Shown: piece by piece, positions 39,983-51,261 of the stretch | How the letters are laid out: each line of letters opens with the position of its first letter | Numbering within the stretch: the first letter of the stretch is position 1 | Source: Akkermansiaceae bacterium | GTDB lineage: Bacteria; Verrucomicrobiota; Verrucomicrobiia; Verrucomicrobiales; Akkermansiaceae | Length of the DNA stretch: 64,000 bases | Assembly (NCBI GenBank): GCA_051251915.1 | Contig: JBPOGF010000008.1 | Span: 1-64,000 of the forward strand | Reading direction: 5' to 3' | Notes under the pieces: model-generated | The model's input: only the letters and a program-made list of their open reading frames with translations | The model's database searches: none | What the model was told of the DNA's origin: nothing | Translations under genes and position numbers: made by a program

Positions 39983-41553
39983 AACTTTACCTCCTTCTGA
40001 TCCACCAGTGATCCCATCACAACACAAGGAACAGATAACTCAAAATGACATCCCTTCTCAGTCTCTAACAACCTTAGATTCCCCCCTAACCTCTCAGCCA
40101 GTTCACGTGCAATCGATAAGCCTAAACCAGTCCCACTAGAGCCTTCAGCCACTATACTCTGAACCCTCTCAAATGATCGAAAAATCCTCCCCTGAGCATT
40201 CTCCGGAACTCCATCACCTCGGTCCTCTACAGAAATGATCAACTTCCCATTACTCATACGGCTTGTTACCCTCATCCACTTCCCTGCATAAGCATACTTC
40301 TCCACATTAGATATAAGATTCGCCACTATCTGACTCAGAGCATCAGAACTAGTTTCAACTTCCCCACCAACACTTAAATCAGACTCTATCGTAATCCCCC
40401 GCCTAACCAGCGCAGGCAGAAACGATTCCAAAATATGACTAATCACCTCGTCAGGATCACACCCCTCCACCTCTAATTCTAAACCACCTCGATCCATCCG
40501 AGAAAACGTCAGAACATTCGCCACCATACGATTCAGACGACTAATCTCCTCAGAAACAACCCCCAATCGGCGCCTCGTATCTACAGATTCGCCGTCAATA
40601 GACTCAGCTATCAAATCCAAATTCAACGTCACATTCGTCAACGGAGAACCAAACTCATGAGACACCTGATTCACAAAAGAAACCCTCTGCTTCGCTAACT
40701 TCAACGACCGCATCTGTTGCTGATAAAGCAAATACCCACTCAACAAAAAAATCACAGCCAACAACATAGCCAAGCTAAGCGTCAATGGATCTCGGTATGA
40801 CTTCACCGTCACCCCATTCCACGCCTGAACTAGCCACTCCCCAGCATAGGTCCGCATCGGCACTACCAAGGCAGCCAAGCTCTCCCTCTCATCCTTAGCT
40901 TCAGCATAAAGCACACTCCCACCAGGCCGGCTAACACTGAACTGAGTTGAGTCAACAATCAAGGGCTCCATTCTAGCAGGAAGCCACTCATTCAAATGTC
41001 CACTACTAACCGCCAACCACTTCTCCTTATCAATCACTATCGCCACAAGTTTCCCCTCCTCAGCATGACTCCAATACACAAAATGCCCACCTTCAGGAGA
41101 CACAACCCACCCAGACTTCCCAACCACCCCATCCTCAAAATAACTCTTAGGAAGAATCACCGCACGCTTCTCATCAAAAGGCAACTTAAGCCCTTCTACA
41201 CTTACCTCCGGTAACGCTCTCCCTCGCGACGAACCAATCACATCAAATTCCTTCACTCTAGATTTCTCAGAAAACAATGCCATAGCCTCAAAGCAAGCTA
41301 ACTCCTCAGCAAACTCTTTCACCTTCTCGTCTTCATCATTCACATAGCCTTCTACCAGGTAATCTAGATGCCCCACATAAAGGCCATCCAGCCGATCCAA
41401 CTCAGCCTCTAAAGCTGAAGAAAAATCCAATAACAAATCCCGATCAACAGGAATACGCTCCACCACCTCACGCCTAGACAAGCGCTCCCCCACCACAGCC
41501 GTAAACACAGCCAAGATAAACATAGGGATCAAAGTGAAGCTTAAAGAACGCAT
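39979..41553 (-). CDS. Sensor histidine kinase
   Basis: Two TM segments, SHEFGSPL H-box, NLISNVEKY N-box, DRGDG, GTGLGL. Confidence 0.92.
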   Translation of the reverse strand: MRSLSFTLIPMFILAVFTAVVGERLSRREVVERIPVDRDLLLDFSSALEAELDRLDGLYVGHLDYLVEGYVNDEDEKVKEFAEELACFEAMALFSEKSRVKEFDVIGSSRGRALPEVSVEGLKLPFDEKRAVILPKSYFEDGVVGKSGWVVSPEGGHFVYWSHAEEGKLVAIVIDKEKWLAVSSGHLNEWLPARMEPLIVDSTQFSVSRPGGSVLYAEAKDERESLAALVVPMRTYAGEWLVQAWNGVTVKSYRDPLTLSLAMLLAVIFLLSGYLLYQQQMRSLKLAKQRVSFVNQVSHEFGSPLTNVTLNLDLIAESIDGESVDTRRRLGVVSEEISRLNRMVANVLTFSRMDRGGLELEVEGCDPDEVISHILESFLPALVRRGITIESDLSVGGEVETSSDALSQIVANLISNVEKYAYAGKWMRVTSRMSNGKLIISVEDRGDGVPENAQGRIFRSFERVQSIVAEGSSGTGLGLSIARELAERLGGNLRLLETEKGCHFELSVPCVVMGSLVDQKEVKL

Positions 41554-41574
41554 CCTAATTCAATAACCAGCCTA

Positions 41575-42339
41575 CTACTTTACAAGATTCATCGTCATCA
41601 CCGCAAACCACACTCTCTTAGACATATCATCTCCCTCCTCTGATAACGGTGGTCGACTCAGTGTACCTAACATGTAAGGCTTGCTCAACTCACAAGTAAC
41701 TCCTGTCTTCAAGCTTTGCGTCTCAAACATCGGCATCGTCAGCATACCCGCTCCCTTCCCGATTTCTTTCTCACCCGTGTAAGAAACTAACTCGGCATCT
41801 ACTCGGACATCACAAAAAGCATGCCCACTACCTAAAATTGGCTCCACTTCAAGACTCAAACCCACATGCCGTGTCTCAAAAGCACAAGCTACCAAATAAC
41901 TGAGCACATCACCATTCTTAGACATATCCCCAGCAACCTTAGCTTTATTCACATCAGCTTTCTTTAAACTCATTATAGGATCATACTCAGTAGGATAAAT
42001 CATCTCTTTCACTGATGTACTAGCACTCCTTTCTCCTGATCTCCCTCTAGCGACAGTCACGGACTCCAGCTTGGCCTGTTTCCCTAGTATCTCATACATC
42101 TCCTTATCAGAATGATTAGCTCGCATTAACGTTGCAGCCTCTTCAGTCGTGACAGAAAATAATTCGAACACTGCCGACAAAGTTACCGGCTTACTCGCTC
42201 TACCCTTCTGCTCATTCTTCGATACTTTCTTTTTTACATAAGGATCTTCTGCAAAAGGATCCTTCGCTTCCTGAGCGTATAAACCAGAAGTCAAAAGAAC
42301 AGTCGATAAAATCGTATTTAATATAGTTTTGTATTTCAT
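41575..42339 (-). CDS. Stand-alone secretin beta-domain-like protein
   Basis: Signal peptide; RSGERS....KEMIYPTEYDP, FETRHVGLSLEVEP and PMFETQSLKTGV resemble the secretin C-domain of verrucomicrobial PilQ/GspD-like proteins. Confidence 0.55.
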   Translation of the reverse strand: MKYKTILNTILSTVLLTSGLYAQEAKDPFAEDPYVKKKVSKNEQKGRASKPVTLSAVFELFSVTTEEAATLMRANHSDKEMYEILGKQAKLESVTVARGRSGERSASTSVKEMIYPTEYDPIMSLKKADVNKAKVAGDMSKNGDVLSYLVACAFETRHVGLSLEVEPILGSGHAFCDVRVDAELVSYTGEKEIGKGAGMLTMPMFETQSLKTGVTCELSKPYMLGTLSRPPLSEEGDDMSKRVWFAVMTMNLVK

Positions 42340-42429
42340 AACATCCGCACAATAACTCAATTGCACTCTACTTATGTCAAATCCATGTCAAAAGATCCAG
42401 TTCTCACTTTTTTAATAAATATAAGCAAC

Positions 42430-42900
42430 TCACTTCCCTAACAATCTCCCATCACTCTCTATCGCCTTCCACCCCCCATGCAGATAAAAAACCTTATCCT
42501 CCGTCTGCAATAACTTCCCAACAATTTTATCCCTCACAAACTTACTACTCCCACAAGCATCCGTCTGGCAAAACACCACCACTCTCCTCCCATCCCCCTT
42601 CGCTTTAAACAAAGTCATCCTCACCTCCCCAGAACTCACCTCCTCTTCAGCATTCGCCTCACTAATCTCCAACGCAGAGGTAAGTTTTACCTCCTTCTCC
42701 ACCTCAGCTCTCGCATCCACCCACACCACATCACCACCCCACTCATCCAGCACCGTCCCTATACAAACCTCATACTCCTCCATCTCACCCTGATCACAAA
42801 CCACACGCCGGTCATACTCCCCGTGTACCAAATAAGTCCCCACCGCACACAACACCGCGATAACCACAAACGCCAACCCCTGCTTCACCCAACTCATCAT
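42430..42900 (-). CDS. Rhodanese-like domain membrane protein
   Basis: VWVDAR, VVVFCQTDAC.SS, LHGGW. Confidence 0.75.
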   Translation of the reverse strand: MMSWVKQGLAFVVIAVLCAVGTYLVHGEYDRRVVCDQGEMEEYEVCIGTVLDEWGGDVVWVDARAEVEKEVKLTSALEISEANAEEEVSSGEVRMTLFKAKGDGRRVVVFCQTDACGSSKFVRDKIVGKLLQTEDKVFYLHGGWKAIESDGRLLGK

Positions 42901-42908
42901 AAATTCAT

Positions 42909-43619
42909 CTACTTCTTAGGATGATCAACCAACAAGAAAATCTGCACCATCTTATAACGCGCAATCGTACTATCAGTATAAAATTTCACCACCCCCATCG
43001 TCGGAGCATCCGTCTTCAGCGGAGTCACCGTCACCTTATACTCCCTACCCTCCTTCATCGTCTCCATCTTATAATCAAACATCTCATCCGTCCCAAACCC
43101 ATACTTATGCTCCACCACCTTAATCGGCGTAGCACTCTCTGCGTCCACCTTAATGCTAAATTCCTTAGCCTCCAGCTTATCCCCCACCTGCCAAACCAAA
43201 GTCTCCTTGTCCGTAGCTATCAACTTAGGAATCGTCACCCTACTCGTCAAAATAATCGACGGCTCATCCCCCACATCCTTATCCGTCCGCACCTTAATCA
43301 CCTTATCAATCGTCCCACTAAATGTCCCAAACTCCAACATCCCAATCAACGTCCCCTTATCCCCAGGAGCAAATACCAAACTATTCTTCTTATCCGCCCT
43401 ATTCAACCTAGCCTCCATACAACTACAAGGCGCATCATAATTCACAATCTTGATCACCTCATCCGTATTATTCACAAAATCAAACTCAATATTCACCACC
43501 TCCACATCCGGCTTCGTCGTCACCTCCTTCAGCTTCTTCTCAAACGTCAACTCGGCACTCATCCCCAACACGGAACACAGCGAATAAATCATCAAAATTT
43601 CTAGTAACTTGCGGAACAT
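42909..43619 (-). CDS. DUF1573 domain protein
   Basis: F.F.N.....I......PCSC...PGDKG Ig-like pattern. Confidence 0.75.
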   Translation of the reverse strand: MFRKLLEILMIYSLCSVLGMSAELTFEKKLKEVTTKPDVEVVNIEFDFVNNTDEVIKIVNYDAPCSCMEARLNRADKKNSLVFAPGDKGTLIGMLEFGTFSGTIDKVIKVRTDKDVGDEPSIILTSRVTIPKLIATDKETLVWQVGDKLEAKEFSIKVDAESATPIKVVEHKYGFGTDEMFDYKMETMKEGREYKVTVTPLKTDAPTMGVVKFYTDSTIARYKMVQIFLLVDHPKK

Positions 43620-43630
43620 AACGTCACTAT

Positions 43631-44986
43631 ATGCCCAATCCTAAGGATTGCCACCACAAATCGTTCCACATCATGCGCCCACAAAAAAAGTTTAACATCC
43701 GTAATTTTAAAGTCAAAAAAACGCTATCCAATGACTCTAAATCGAACAACACCAAGAGCTCAAAAGACATCCCCTTCCACAGAGACCACCAGCTAGAACT
43801 CACCATCCAGTCCCTCTCCAACCACGGCGACGGAATCGCTCGTATCGACATCCCCGACCAAGACCTCACCGCCTGGGTCATCTTCGTCCCCTTCACCATC
43901 CCAGGAGAAACCGTCCTCGCACGCATCACCAGCAACAAAAAAAACTGCTCCCTAGCAGAAGTCGTCAGAGTCATCACCCCCTCACCACACCGCGTCACCC
44001 CAGTCTGTAACCTCTTCCAAGCATGCGGCGGCTGCCAATACCAACACCTAGACTACCCACAACAACTACACTGGAAAACCCACCAAGTAGCAGACCTCCT
44101 CAAGCACCTAGCAGGCCTAGACCCCACCAAGCACCCAGTAAATCCAGCCATCGCCTCCCCCAAAACCTACAACTACCGCTCCAAGCTCACCCCACACTTC
44201 CGCAAACCCTACAACGGCAAAATCTCCAACATCGGCTTCGTCTCCAGACAAGGCGGCAAAGAATACCTAGACATCACCACCTGCCCCATCGCCATGCAGG
44301 AAATAAACGACGCACTCCCACCCCTCCGCCAGAAAACCCACAGCCTCGCCAAACAACACAAAAAAGACACCACCCTCCTCCTCCGTGCCTCAGACAGCCA
44401 CGTAGAAGCAGACCCCTCCGCCATCATCACCGAACACGTAGGAGACCTTAAATTCAATTTCCTCGCCTCCGACTTCTTCCAAAACAACCCCTCCATCCTC
44501 CCCGCCTTCACCAACTACGCCGCCCAGCAAGCCACCGCATCCGGCAGCACCTACCTCATCGATGCCTACTGCGGCTCAGGCCTCTTCGCCCTCACCCTCG
44601 CCAAGCACTTCAAACAAGTTGCCGGCGTAGAAGTCTCAGAAACCTCAGTCTCATGGGCTCGCCAAAACGCCATCCTCAACAACATAACCAACACAGAATT
44701 CACCGCCGCCAGCGCAGAAGCCATCTTCCAAAAAATCGACTTCCCACCAGCCCAAACCACCATCCTCATCGACCCACCCCGCGCTGGCTGCTCCACAGAG
44801 TTCCTAGACCAGCTCTTCACCTACCAGCCCGCCACCTGCATCTACATCTCCTGCGAGCCCGCCACCCAAATGCGCGACCTCCAGAAATTCCAACAAGCCG
44901 GCTACACCATCCAAGACATCCAACCCTTCGACCTCTTCCCCCAAACCCGCCACCTAGAATGCATCATCACCCTCACCAAAACATAA
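43631..44986 (+). CDS. TRAM-domain 23S rRNA (uracil-5)-methyltransferase (RlmD/TrmA family)
   Basis: TRAM domain (GDGIARI..FVPFTIPGE), CGGCQYQH Fe-S motif, FFQNN, DAYCGSG, DPPRAG, FDLFPQTRHLEC. The start may be slightly downstream. Confidence 0.9.
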   Translation: MPNPKDCHHKSFHIMRPQKKFNIRNFKVKKTLSNDSKSNNTKSSKDIPFHRDHQLELTIQSLSNHGDGIARIDIPDQDLTAWVIFVPFTIPGETVLARITSNKKNCSLAEVVRVITPSPHRVTPVCNLFQACGGCQYQHLDYPQQLHWKTHQVADLLKHLAGLDPTKHPVNPAIASPKTYNYRSKLTPHFRKPYNGKISNIGFVSRQGGKEYLDITTCPIAMQEINDALPPLRQKTHSLAKQHKKDTTLLLRASDSHVEADPSAIITEHVGDLKFNFLASDFFQNNPSILPAFTNYAAQQATASGSTYLIDAYCGSGLFALTLAKHFKQVAGVEVSETSVSWARQNAILNNITNTEFTAASAEAIFQKIDFPPAQTTILIDPPRAGCSTEFLDQLFTYQPATCIYISCEPATQMRDLQKFQQAGYTIQDIQPFDLFPQTRHLECIITLTKT

Positions 44987-45007
44987 AAACTTACCTCTAA
45001 CATCATC

Positions 45008-45295
45008 ATGAAAATAAAACCCCAACTCATTTTCATCATCATCACCACCCTCAGCGGCCTCTCACTATTCTTCCTCATATCAATGAAATCTATCAGCCCT
45101 CATCTAGTCGTAGATGCACTACTAGATATAGATTCTCTAAACAATGTCCCTAATCAAGACCTAGGGAAAATGGCATCCATCATAGAAAAAGGATCAAGCG
45201 TCAAAAACATCCACATCACCCTAGCCCTCCTCACCCTCATACTCGGAGCCTACGGCACCTGGACCACCTCCAGAAATCATCTACCTAAACAGTAA
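45008..45295 (+). CDS. Small hypothetical membrane protein
   Basis: 95 aa, two TM segments, fills an intergenic gap. Confidence 0.55.
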   Translation: MKIKPQLIFIIITTLSGLSLFFLISMKSISPHLVVDALLDIDSLNNVPNQDLGKMASIIEKGSSVKNIHITLALLTLILGAYGTWTTSRNHLPKQ

Positions 45296-45358
45296 ACAAA
45301 ATAAGCCACCATGAAACATCATGGCAGCTCAGATACTTGTTAAAAATTAAAACTCTAA

Positions 45359-45880
45359 CTACTTCTCAATACGCCCCAGAATCTCACGGATTTCATCCGC
45401 TATCTCCTGCTTCCCACCAGCCTCATAAGCATTCGCAATCTCCTTCAACGTAGCAAGCTTAGCTGTAGTAACCTTAGCCTTTATAACCTGAAGTTCAGGC
45501 ACCTCATTAGCCGCCGTTAACAACTTACCAAGCCGCGTAAACCCCTCGCTCGTCGCTATTCCAGGCTCATTCTTAGCCTTCACAAGCTCCGCCAGATCCG
45601 GATGAGCATACATAGCCTTCTCATACTCCTTCTCAAGCCCCTCACTCACTTTAGATAATTTATCCAGCTCAGGAGTATCCCCCATTCTGTAACTCAGATT
45701 CTTCATCACGAACTTAGAGATCTTTGCATAAGCTAACGTCACTGCGGTTTCTTCAGTCATCGGCTTCTTTTCCAATTCCGAAAGCACTTTATCTTTTGCA
45801 CTAGTTTCATCTCCACAAGAAGTCATTACAAGAGAGGAGAAAGACAGGCTGAGTATCGTGTATTTTAGGGCTATTTTCAT
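45359..45880 (-). CDS. Hypothetical lipoprotein
   Basis: Lipobox MTSC; helical content. Confidence 0.7.
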   Translation of the reverse strand: MKIALKYTILSLSFSSLVMTSCGDETSAKDKVLSELEKKPMTEETAVTLAYAKISKFVMKNLSYRMGDTPELDKLSKVSEGLEKEYEKAMYAHPDLAELVKAKNEPGIATSEGFTRLGKLLTAANEVPELQVIKAKVTTAKLATLKEIANAYEAGGKQEIADEIREILGRIEK

Positions 45881-46195
45881 AAATTTTTGTGATAAGTGAA
45901 CAGATTAAAAAGTAACAGTGAAAACGAGTAACTATTAAATGTAATCTTAGACCAATGAATATCATTTGAAACTATCGGCACAAGGATTAATAACCATAAA
46001 ATGAACCACAAACTTCCTCACAATCCTGCTCCCAGCATATAGATCCTTGTTCACAGCTATAAAGCCATCCTCATTGATTCATTTACCTATAAAGAACCAA
46101 CAATCATACATTTATGCGATAGACCACCTTGGAAATTTCTGCGATATTGTGATACAATACACTGACTAAACACGTATATTTTCCATCACACCATT

Positions 46196-47518
46196 ATGAT
46201 CAATCGCAGAAAATCCCTACAAATGCTCGCCTCAAGTTTCAGCGCAGCACTCTTTCCCGGAATCTCCCGTGCCGCCTTCACTGACCCCAAATACAACCTA
46301 GCCGGCGCACCCAAGCGAGTCATCTTCTTCCTCCAAAACCAAGGATTCGACCCCAAAACCTGCATCCCACCATCCTTAAAAAACAGCGGTTCACTAGCCG
46401 GCGTCAAGCTCCCAGAGCCAATCAAAGCCCTAGAACCATACCGTGAAAACATGCACATCATCAGTGGTCTACACGGCCGCCACACCAGCCCATCACACAG
46501 CGCATTCTTCGGCGCACTAGGCGGATACCGCGGCGGTGACGGAGTCGCCCCCAGCGCATCCACCATCGACTACGAACTCAGCAAGATCCTACCAGAAACC
46601 CTCCTCCCCCACCTCTGCATCGGCATGGACTCCCTAGGAAATATGACCGGCAAGCCAACAGTAGCCAACCTCTCAGCTCGCGGCGCAGGCAAACCCATCT
46701 TCATGCACTCCAACCCAAACCATCTCTACCAGATGCTCTACGGAGGCATTTCCCAAGGCGACATCCGCAACCACCACGAAGCCAAATCCAATATGCTCGA
46801 CACCATCGAGCGCCTCTCCGCAGCCAAAGGCCAGTCCCTTCCTCAAGCCGAAAAACAACGCTACGATGAATTCACCCACGGCTTCCAAGACATGAACGGC
46901 CTCCGCGAGCGCCTCAACAACGCCTCAGATCACCTCCAGAAATTCGCACCAAAAGTAGACTCCGCCTACACCAGACCAGAATTCGAAACAGACTGGCATG
47001 ACCGCCTCCTAGACCTAGGCATCTCAGCCCTAAAATCCGGCATCACCAATGTCCTAACAATAGGCTCAGGCCGAGGCGAAATCTTCGGCTCATGGAAAGG
47101 CCTCGGCATAGATAAACAAGGACACAACCTCGGGCACATGGTCCAGAACAACAACCCCATCTGGGACAAAATCCGCCACTACAACTGCCAAATGCTAGTC
47201 AAACTCATGGAACAACTAGAAAGCGTCCCAGAAGGCAGCGGCACCATGATGGACAACACCCTCATCGTCTACACCAGCAACAACGCAGACAAACAACACA
47301 CCAAAGGAACAAACTGGCCCGTCATCCTTCTAGGCAGCTGCGGCGGCGCATTCAAAACCGGACGCTTCACCCAGTTAGACGGCAAACGCCCTATTAATGC
47401 CCTCTACACCACCATCCTAAGAGCCTCAGGCGTCACAGTCGACCGCTTCAACATGAGCGACAAAATGGCCGCCAAATACGATTCCACCACAGGACCACTC
47501 AGCGAGATCTTGGCATAA
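46196..47518 (+). CDS. DUF1552 domain protein (Tat-exported)
   Basis: NRRKSL twin-arginine signal, [26 protein letters not shown]...NWPVILLG. Confidence 0.88.
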   Translation: MINRRKSLQMLASSFSAALFPGISRAAFTDPKYNLAGAPKRVIFFLQNQGFDPKTCIPPSLKNSGSLAGVKLPEPIKALEPYRENMHIISGLHGRHTSPSHSAFFGALGGYRGGDGVAPSASTIDYELSKILPETLLPHLCIGMDSLGNMTGKPTVANLSARGAGKPIFMHSNPNHLYQMLYGGISQGDIRNHHEAKSNMLDTIERLSAAKGQSLPQAEKQRYDEFTHGFQDMNGLRERLNNASDHLQKFAPKVDSAYTRPEFETDWHDRLLDLGISALKSGITNVLTIGSGRGEIFGSWKGLGIDKQGHNLGHMVQNNNPIWDKIRHYNCQMLVKLMEQLESVPEGSGTMMDNTLIVYTSNNADKQHTKGTNWPVILLGSCGGAFKTGRFTQLDGKRPINALYTTILRASGVTVDRFNMSDKMAAKYDSTTGPLSEILA

Positions 47519-50052
47519 TGAAAAAATCATCACTCCACCTAACTGTTCTAGCCATCCTAGCAACAGCTACCTGCTCTGCCCAGACAGAGACAGAAACATA
47601 CACCCCAGGTATCCCCATCCCTCAAGATTACGAGAGCTTCGCCCTCCCATTCATCGAGCACAACTGCACCGACTGCCACGATGACTCAGAAGCAAAAGGC
47701 GACCTAGAACTCCACAACATCGGCCCAGTGGATGAGACCAACGTCGCTGTCTGGAAATCCGTCTGGGCACAAGTCGCCATCCAGGAAATGCCGCCAAAAA
47801 AGAAAGACCAACCAGAACTCATCGAGCGCCTCAAGTTCTCTGACTGGATCGTCGCCGAGCTAGACCGCGTCATGAAGGATCAAGGCGGATTCAAAGCCCA
47901 CCTAGAACCCAAAAAAGGAAACTTCCTCCACCACTCCCTACTATTCAAAAACCTCCCATCAACCATCCGCCTAGTCCCCACCTCCTCACCAGCACGCATC
48001 TGGCGCATCACCCCCCAAGAACACATCACCAGACTCAACCAGTTGATCAACACAGAACCCAAATACAACCCAAACAAACCCGGCCTCAGAACCCACGGAG
48101 ACGTAGTCCCCACCAACCACGGCGGCGAACTCAAACTCTACTTCGGCACCGACCGTATCATCGACTACCAAGGCGGCACAGTCGCCTACGCCACCGCCGT
48201 CAAAAGCGTCCCAGCCATCCTCGCCTCTAACCGCAAGCACGGCTTCGAAAACTACGCCCACTTCTACAGCGTCAACAGCGCAGAAGCCACCCAGATCCTA
48301 GGCATGGCAGATGACATCCTACGCTACATGGCATACGGCCCACTCAGCATCGCCAAGCCAGAGCAAATCACCGATAACCCAAAGACCTACAAAATGGAAG
48401 GTGACATCAGAGGCCTCCTCTCATCCATCGTCTACAGCACCAAAACAGTCCGTCCACTAACCCCCGTCTACGATCTCATGAAACACCCAGAGATCACAGA
48501 CCAGCGCCTAACAGCCGCCATAAACTACCTCTTCGAATCCCTAACATTCCGCCCCCCAGCCCCAGACGAGACCAACGAATACCTAAAAATGGTCAAAGAC
48601 TCCATCGTCAAAGTCGGCAGAGAAGACGGCATCTTCATGGGCCTCTCCTCCATCTTCCTCCACCGCGATGCCCTATTCCGCCCAGAGCTAGCTACAGCAG
48701 GAACCCCAGACGAACACGGTCGCGTCATGCTCCAAGACTGGGAACTAGGACTAGCTCTAAACCACGCCCTCAGCTACATCAAGCCAGACCAACAACTCCG
48801 TGACGCCATCACCCAAGGCCGCATGCGAACCCGCCAAGACGTAGAACGCGAGCTCACCCGCATGCTCGCAGACGACTCCATCCGCAAACCCAGAATCCTC
48901 ACCTTCTTCCAAGACTACTTCGACCACGACCTAGCCGGCTACATCTGCAAAGACACCCAAGCCCTAAATCAAACAGGCATCAACAACAAAGAAGCCCAGC
49001 ACTACCGCGCCATGTTCAATGCCAAAGCCAGCACAGACCGCCTCATTGAACTCATCCTAAAAGAAGATAAAAACGTCCTCAAAGAACTACTCACCACCCA
49101 GAAAGTAGTAGCAGACGCATCAGCCAAAACCTACTTCGGCAGACAACTCGCAAAAGATGAAATCATCAGCACAAAAGAAGCCGCACAAATTCACGCTATC
49201 AAAATCAAAGAACTAGAAGAGACCATAGAAAAACTTGAAGCCGAATTAATCACTGACTTTAACAAAAAAAGAGCCACAAAACCCCTAGACATAAAAAAGA
49301 ATGAACTAGCTAAACTCAAAAAGCAAAAGCCCAACAAGAAAAACAACCCCGCCATCGCCCCAGCAAACCTCAAAGGCCCCAAAATCTACGCCCGCGTCAG
49401 CCGCACCTCATTTGGCAAAGGCAGCATGAAACCAGACCGCATCCTAGCCTCAGCCCCAGAAGGCCAGCGTCTCGGTATCCTCACCCACCCATCCTGGCTA
49501 GTCTCCCACACAGACGCCATGGACAACCACGCCATCCACCGCGGCATCTGGATTCGTGAGCGTCTCCTAGGTGGCGGCATCCCAGATGTCCCCATTACCG
49601 TAGACGCCCAGCTCCCAGATGAACCACAAAACACCCTCCGCCAGCGTATGCGCGTCACCCAAGAAAAAAGATGCCTAGCCTGCCACGATAAAATGGACCC
49701 ACTAGGCCTCCCATTCGAAATGTACAACCACGCAGGAGTCTTCCGCACCACCGAGAAAAACAAACCCGTCATCACCACCGGAGAAATCATCGAATCCGGT
49801 GACCCCTCCCTCGACGGCCCAGTCTCAAACGCCCTAGAAATGATCCTGAAACTAGCCGAAAGCGAACGCGTAGAACAAGTCTTCGTCCGCCACGCCTTCC
49901 GCTTCTGGATGGGCCGCAATGAAACCATCCACGACCGCCCCGTCATCCAAGCCGCCCACCAAGCCTACCGCAACAGCAACGGCAGCATGAACGCTCTCAT
50001 CAAATCCCTCCTAACCTCAGATGCCTTCCTCTACCGAAAACAGGAGAACTAA
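47518..50052 (+). CDS. Planctomycete-type cytochrome c / DUF1592-DUF1588-DUF1585 protein
   Basis: CTDCH and CLACH heme motifs, [41 protein letters not shown]. Confidence 0.88.
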   Translation: MKKSSLHLTVLAILATATCSAQTETETYTPGIPIPQDYESFALPFIEHNCTDCHDDSEAKGDLELHNIGPVDETNVAVWKSVWAQVAIQEMPPKKKDQPELIERLKFSDWIVAELDRVMKDQGGFKAHLEPKKGNFLHHSLLFKNLPSTIRLVPTSSPARIWRITPQEHITRLNQLINTEPKYNPNKPGLRTHGDVVPTNHGGELKLYFGTDRIIDYQGGTVAYATAVKSVPAILASNRKHGFENYAHFYSVNSAEATQILGMADDILRYMAYGPLSIAKPEQITDNPKTYKMEGDIRGLLSSIVYSTKTVRPLTPVYDLMKHPEITDQRLTAAINYLFESLTFRPPAPDETNEYLKMVKDSIVKVGREDGIFMGLSSIFLHRDALFRPELATAGTPDEHGRVMLQDWELGLALNHALSYIKPDQQLRDAITQGRMRTRQDVERELTRMLADDSIRKPRILTFFQDYFDHDLAGYICKDTQALNQTGINNKEAQHYRAMFNAKASTDRLIELILKEDKNVLKELLTTQKVVADASAKTYFGRQLAKDEIISTKEAAQIHAIKIKELEETIEKLEAELITDFNKKRATKPLDIKKNELAKLKKQKPNKKNNPAIAPANLKGPKIYARVSRTSFGKGSMKPDRILASAPEGQRLGILTHPSWLVSHTDAMDNHAIHRGIWIRERLLGGGIPDVPITVDAQLPDEPQNTLRQRMRVTQEKRCLACHDKMDPLGLPFEMYNHAGVFRTTEKNKPVITTGEIIESGDPSLDGPVSNALEMILKLAESERVEQVFVRHAFRFWMGRNETIHDRPVIQAAHQAYRNSNGSMNALIKSLLTSDAFLYRKQEN

Positions 50053-50096
50053 AATTTCACTTGCGCTAATCTTCACGTGTTCGAAGTTCTCCCATC

Positions 50097-51203
50097 ATGA
50101 AATTCAGAACCGCCACACTAGCTGCCGCATCCACCGCCCTATTCACCACAGGAACCTCCGCCCAGAGCCTCCAAGAAACCCTAGACGCCCGTAAAAATAA
50201 TTTCCTCAAAAAGGCCCCAGAAAAAACTATCTCCAGCCAAATCCAAGCCCTCACCGAACTCGAAGCCTCCGGCATCTACCACCGCGTCCTAAAAGTCGGA
50301 GACAAAGCCCCAGACTTCACCCTAGGAAACCCTGACGGCAAACAAATCCAACTCTCCACCCTCCTCAAAGACGGCCCTGTCATTCTCACATGGTATCGCG
50401 GAGGCTGGTGCCCATACTGCAACATCGCCCTCAAAGCCCTAAGCGACAAAAACCCCGAGTTCAAAAAACACGGAGCCACACTCGTAGCCCTCACCCCAGA
50501 ACTCCCAGACACCACCGCAGCCTCCGTAAAAGAACAAGGCCTCCCATTCCAAGTACTCTCAGACCTCAACCACAACGTAGCCACCCAATACGGACTAAGC
50601 TTCGAGCTAAACGAATCCACCCGCACCCGCTACCAAGAAAAATTCAAACTAGAACAACGCAGCGGAAAAGAAGCCGCCAAGAAACTGCCACTCCCCGCCA
50701 CCTACGTCATCGACACAGACGGCACCATCACCTACGCCTTCGTCGATGCCGACTATCGCCGCCGCGCAGAACCCTCCAGAATCATCGACGCCCTAAAAGC
50801 CATCAAAAACGGCCCCTCAGCACGCCATCTCCTACTCCAGTTCTGGGAAAACACCTGGAACCCACCCTACGACCTCGACCTCATCGACAAAAACATGTCA
50901 GAAGACTTCATTCTAACTACCGCTGGCAAAGACATCGTAGGCCGCCCCGCATTCAAAGCCTGGGTCAAATCCTCACTAGATAAAACCAACGGCCTCAGAC
51001 TCCAAAACCTAGACTGCTTCGAGAACCCAGAAGGCACCCGCGTAGTCAGCCGCTGGATCACCCACGCCAACTCCGGCAACGTCCCAGACTCCAGCACCCC
51101 AAACACCCACCCCTACCATTTCACCGGCATCGCCCTCTGGTCATTCAAAGACGGCAAACTCACCCACAACTGGGTAGAACGCTCCGCCCCAGTCATGAAA
51201 TAA
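50097..51203 (+). CDS. Peroxiredoxin-like (AhpC/TSA) domain fused to a SnoaL/NTF2-like domain
   Basis: APDFTL, YRGGWCPYCN, PATYVID; C-terminal WENTWN...GRPAFKAWV...VVSRW...FTGIALW..KDGKL..NWVER. Confidence 0.8.
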   Translation: MKFRTATLAAASTALFTTGTSAQSLQETLDARKNNFLKKAPEKTISSQIQALTELEASGIYHRVLKVGDKAPDFTLGNPDGKQIQLSTLLKDGPVILTWYRGGWCPYCNIALKALSDKNPEFKKHGATLVALTPELPDTTAASVKEQGLPFQVLSDLNHNVATQYGLSFELNESTRTRYQEKFKLEQRSGKEAAKKLPLPATYVIDTDGTITYAFVDADYRRRAEPSRIIDALKAIKNGPSARHLLLQFWENTWNPPYDLDLIDKNMSEDFILTTAGKDIVGRPAFKAWVKSSLDKTNGLRLQNLDCFENPEGTRVVSRWITHANSGNVPDSSTPNTHPYHFTGIALWSFKDGKLTHNWVERSAPVMK

Positions 51204-51261
51204 ACACACTCTTTACCTCCCCTTTACACAAGTACCGCTAAATTCTGCTAACCTCTACCCC

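Noticed and set aside
42921..43604. His/Leu/Pro/Arg-rich ORFs (also 36220-36639, 37773-38225, 44023-44451, 50390-50983, 53313-54065)
   Set aside because: Artefacts of the G/T-poor + strand, where stop codons are rare; all overlap well-supported genes.
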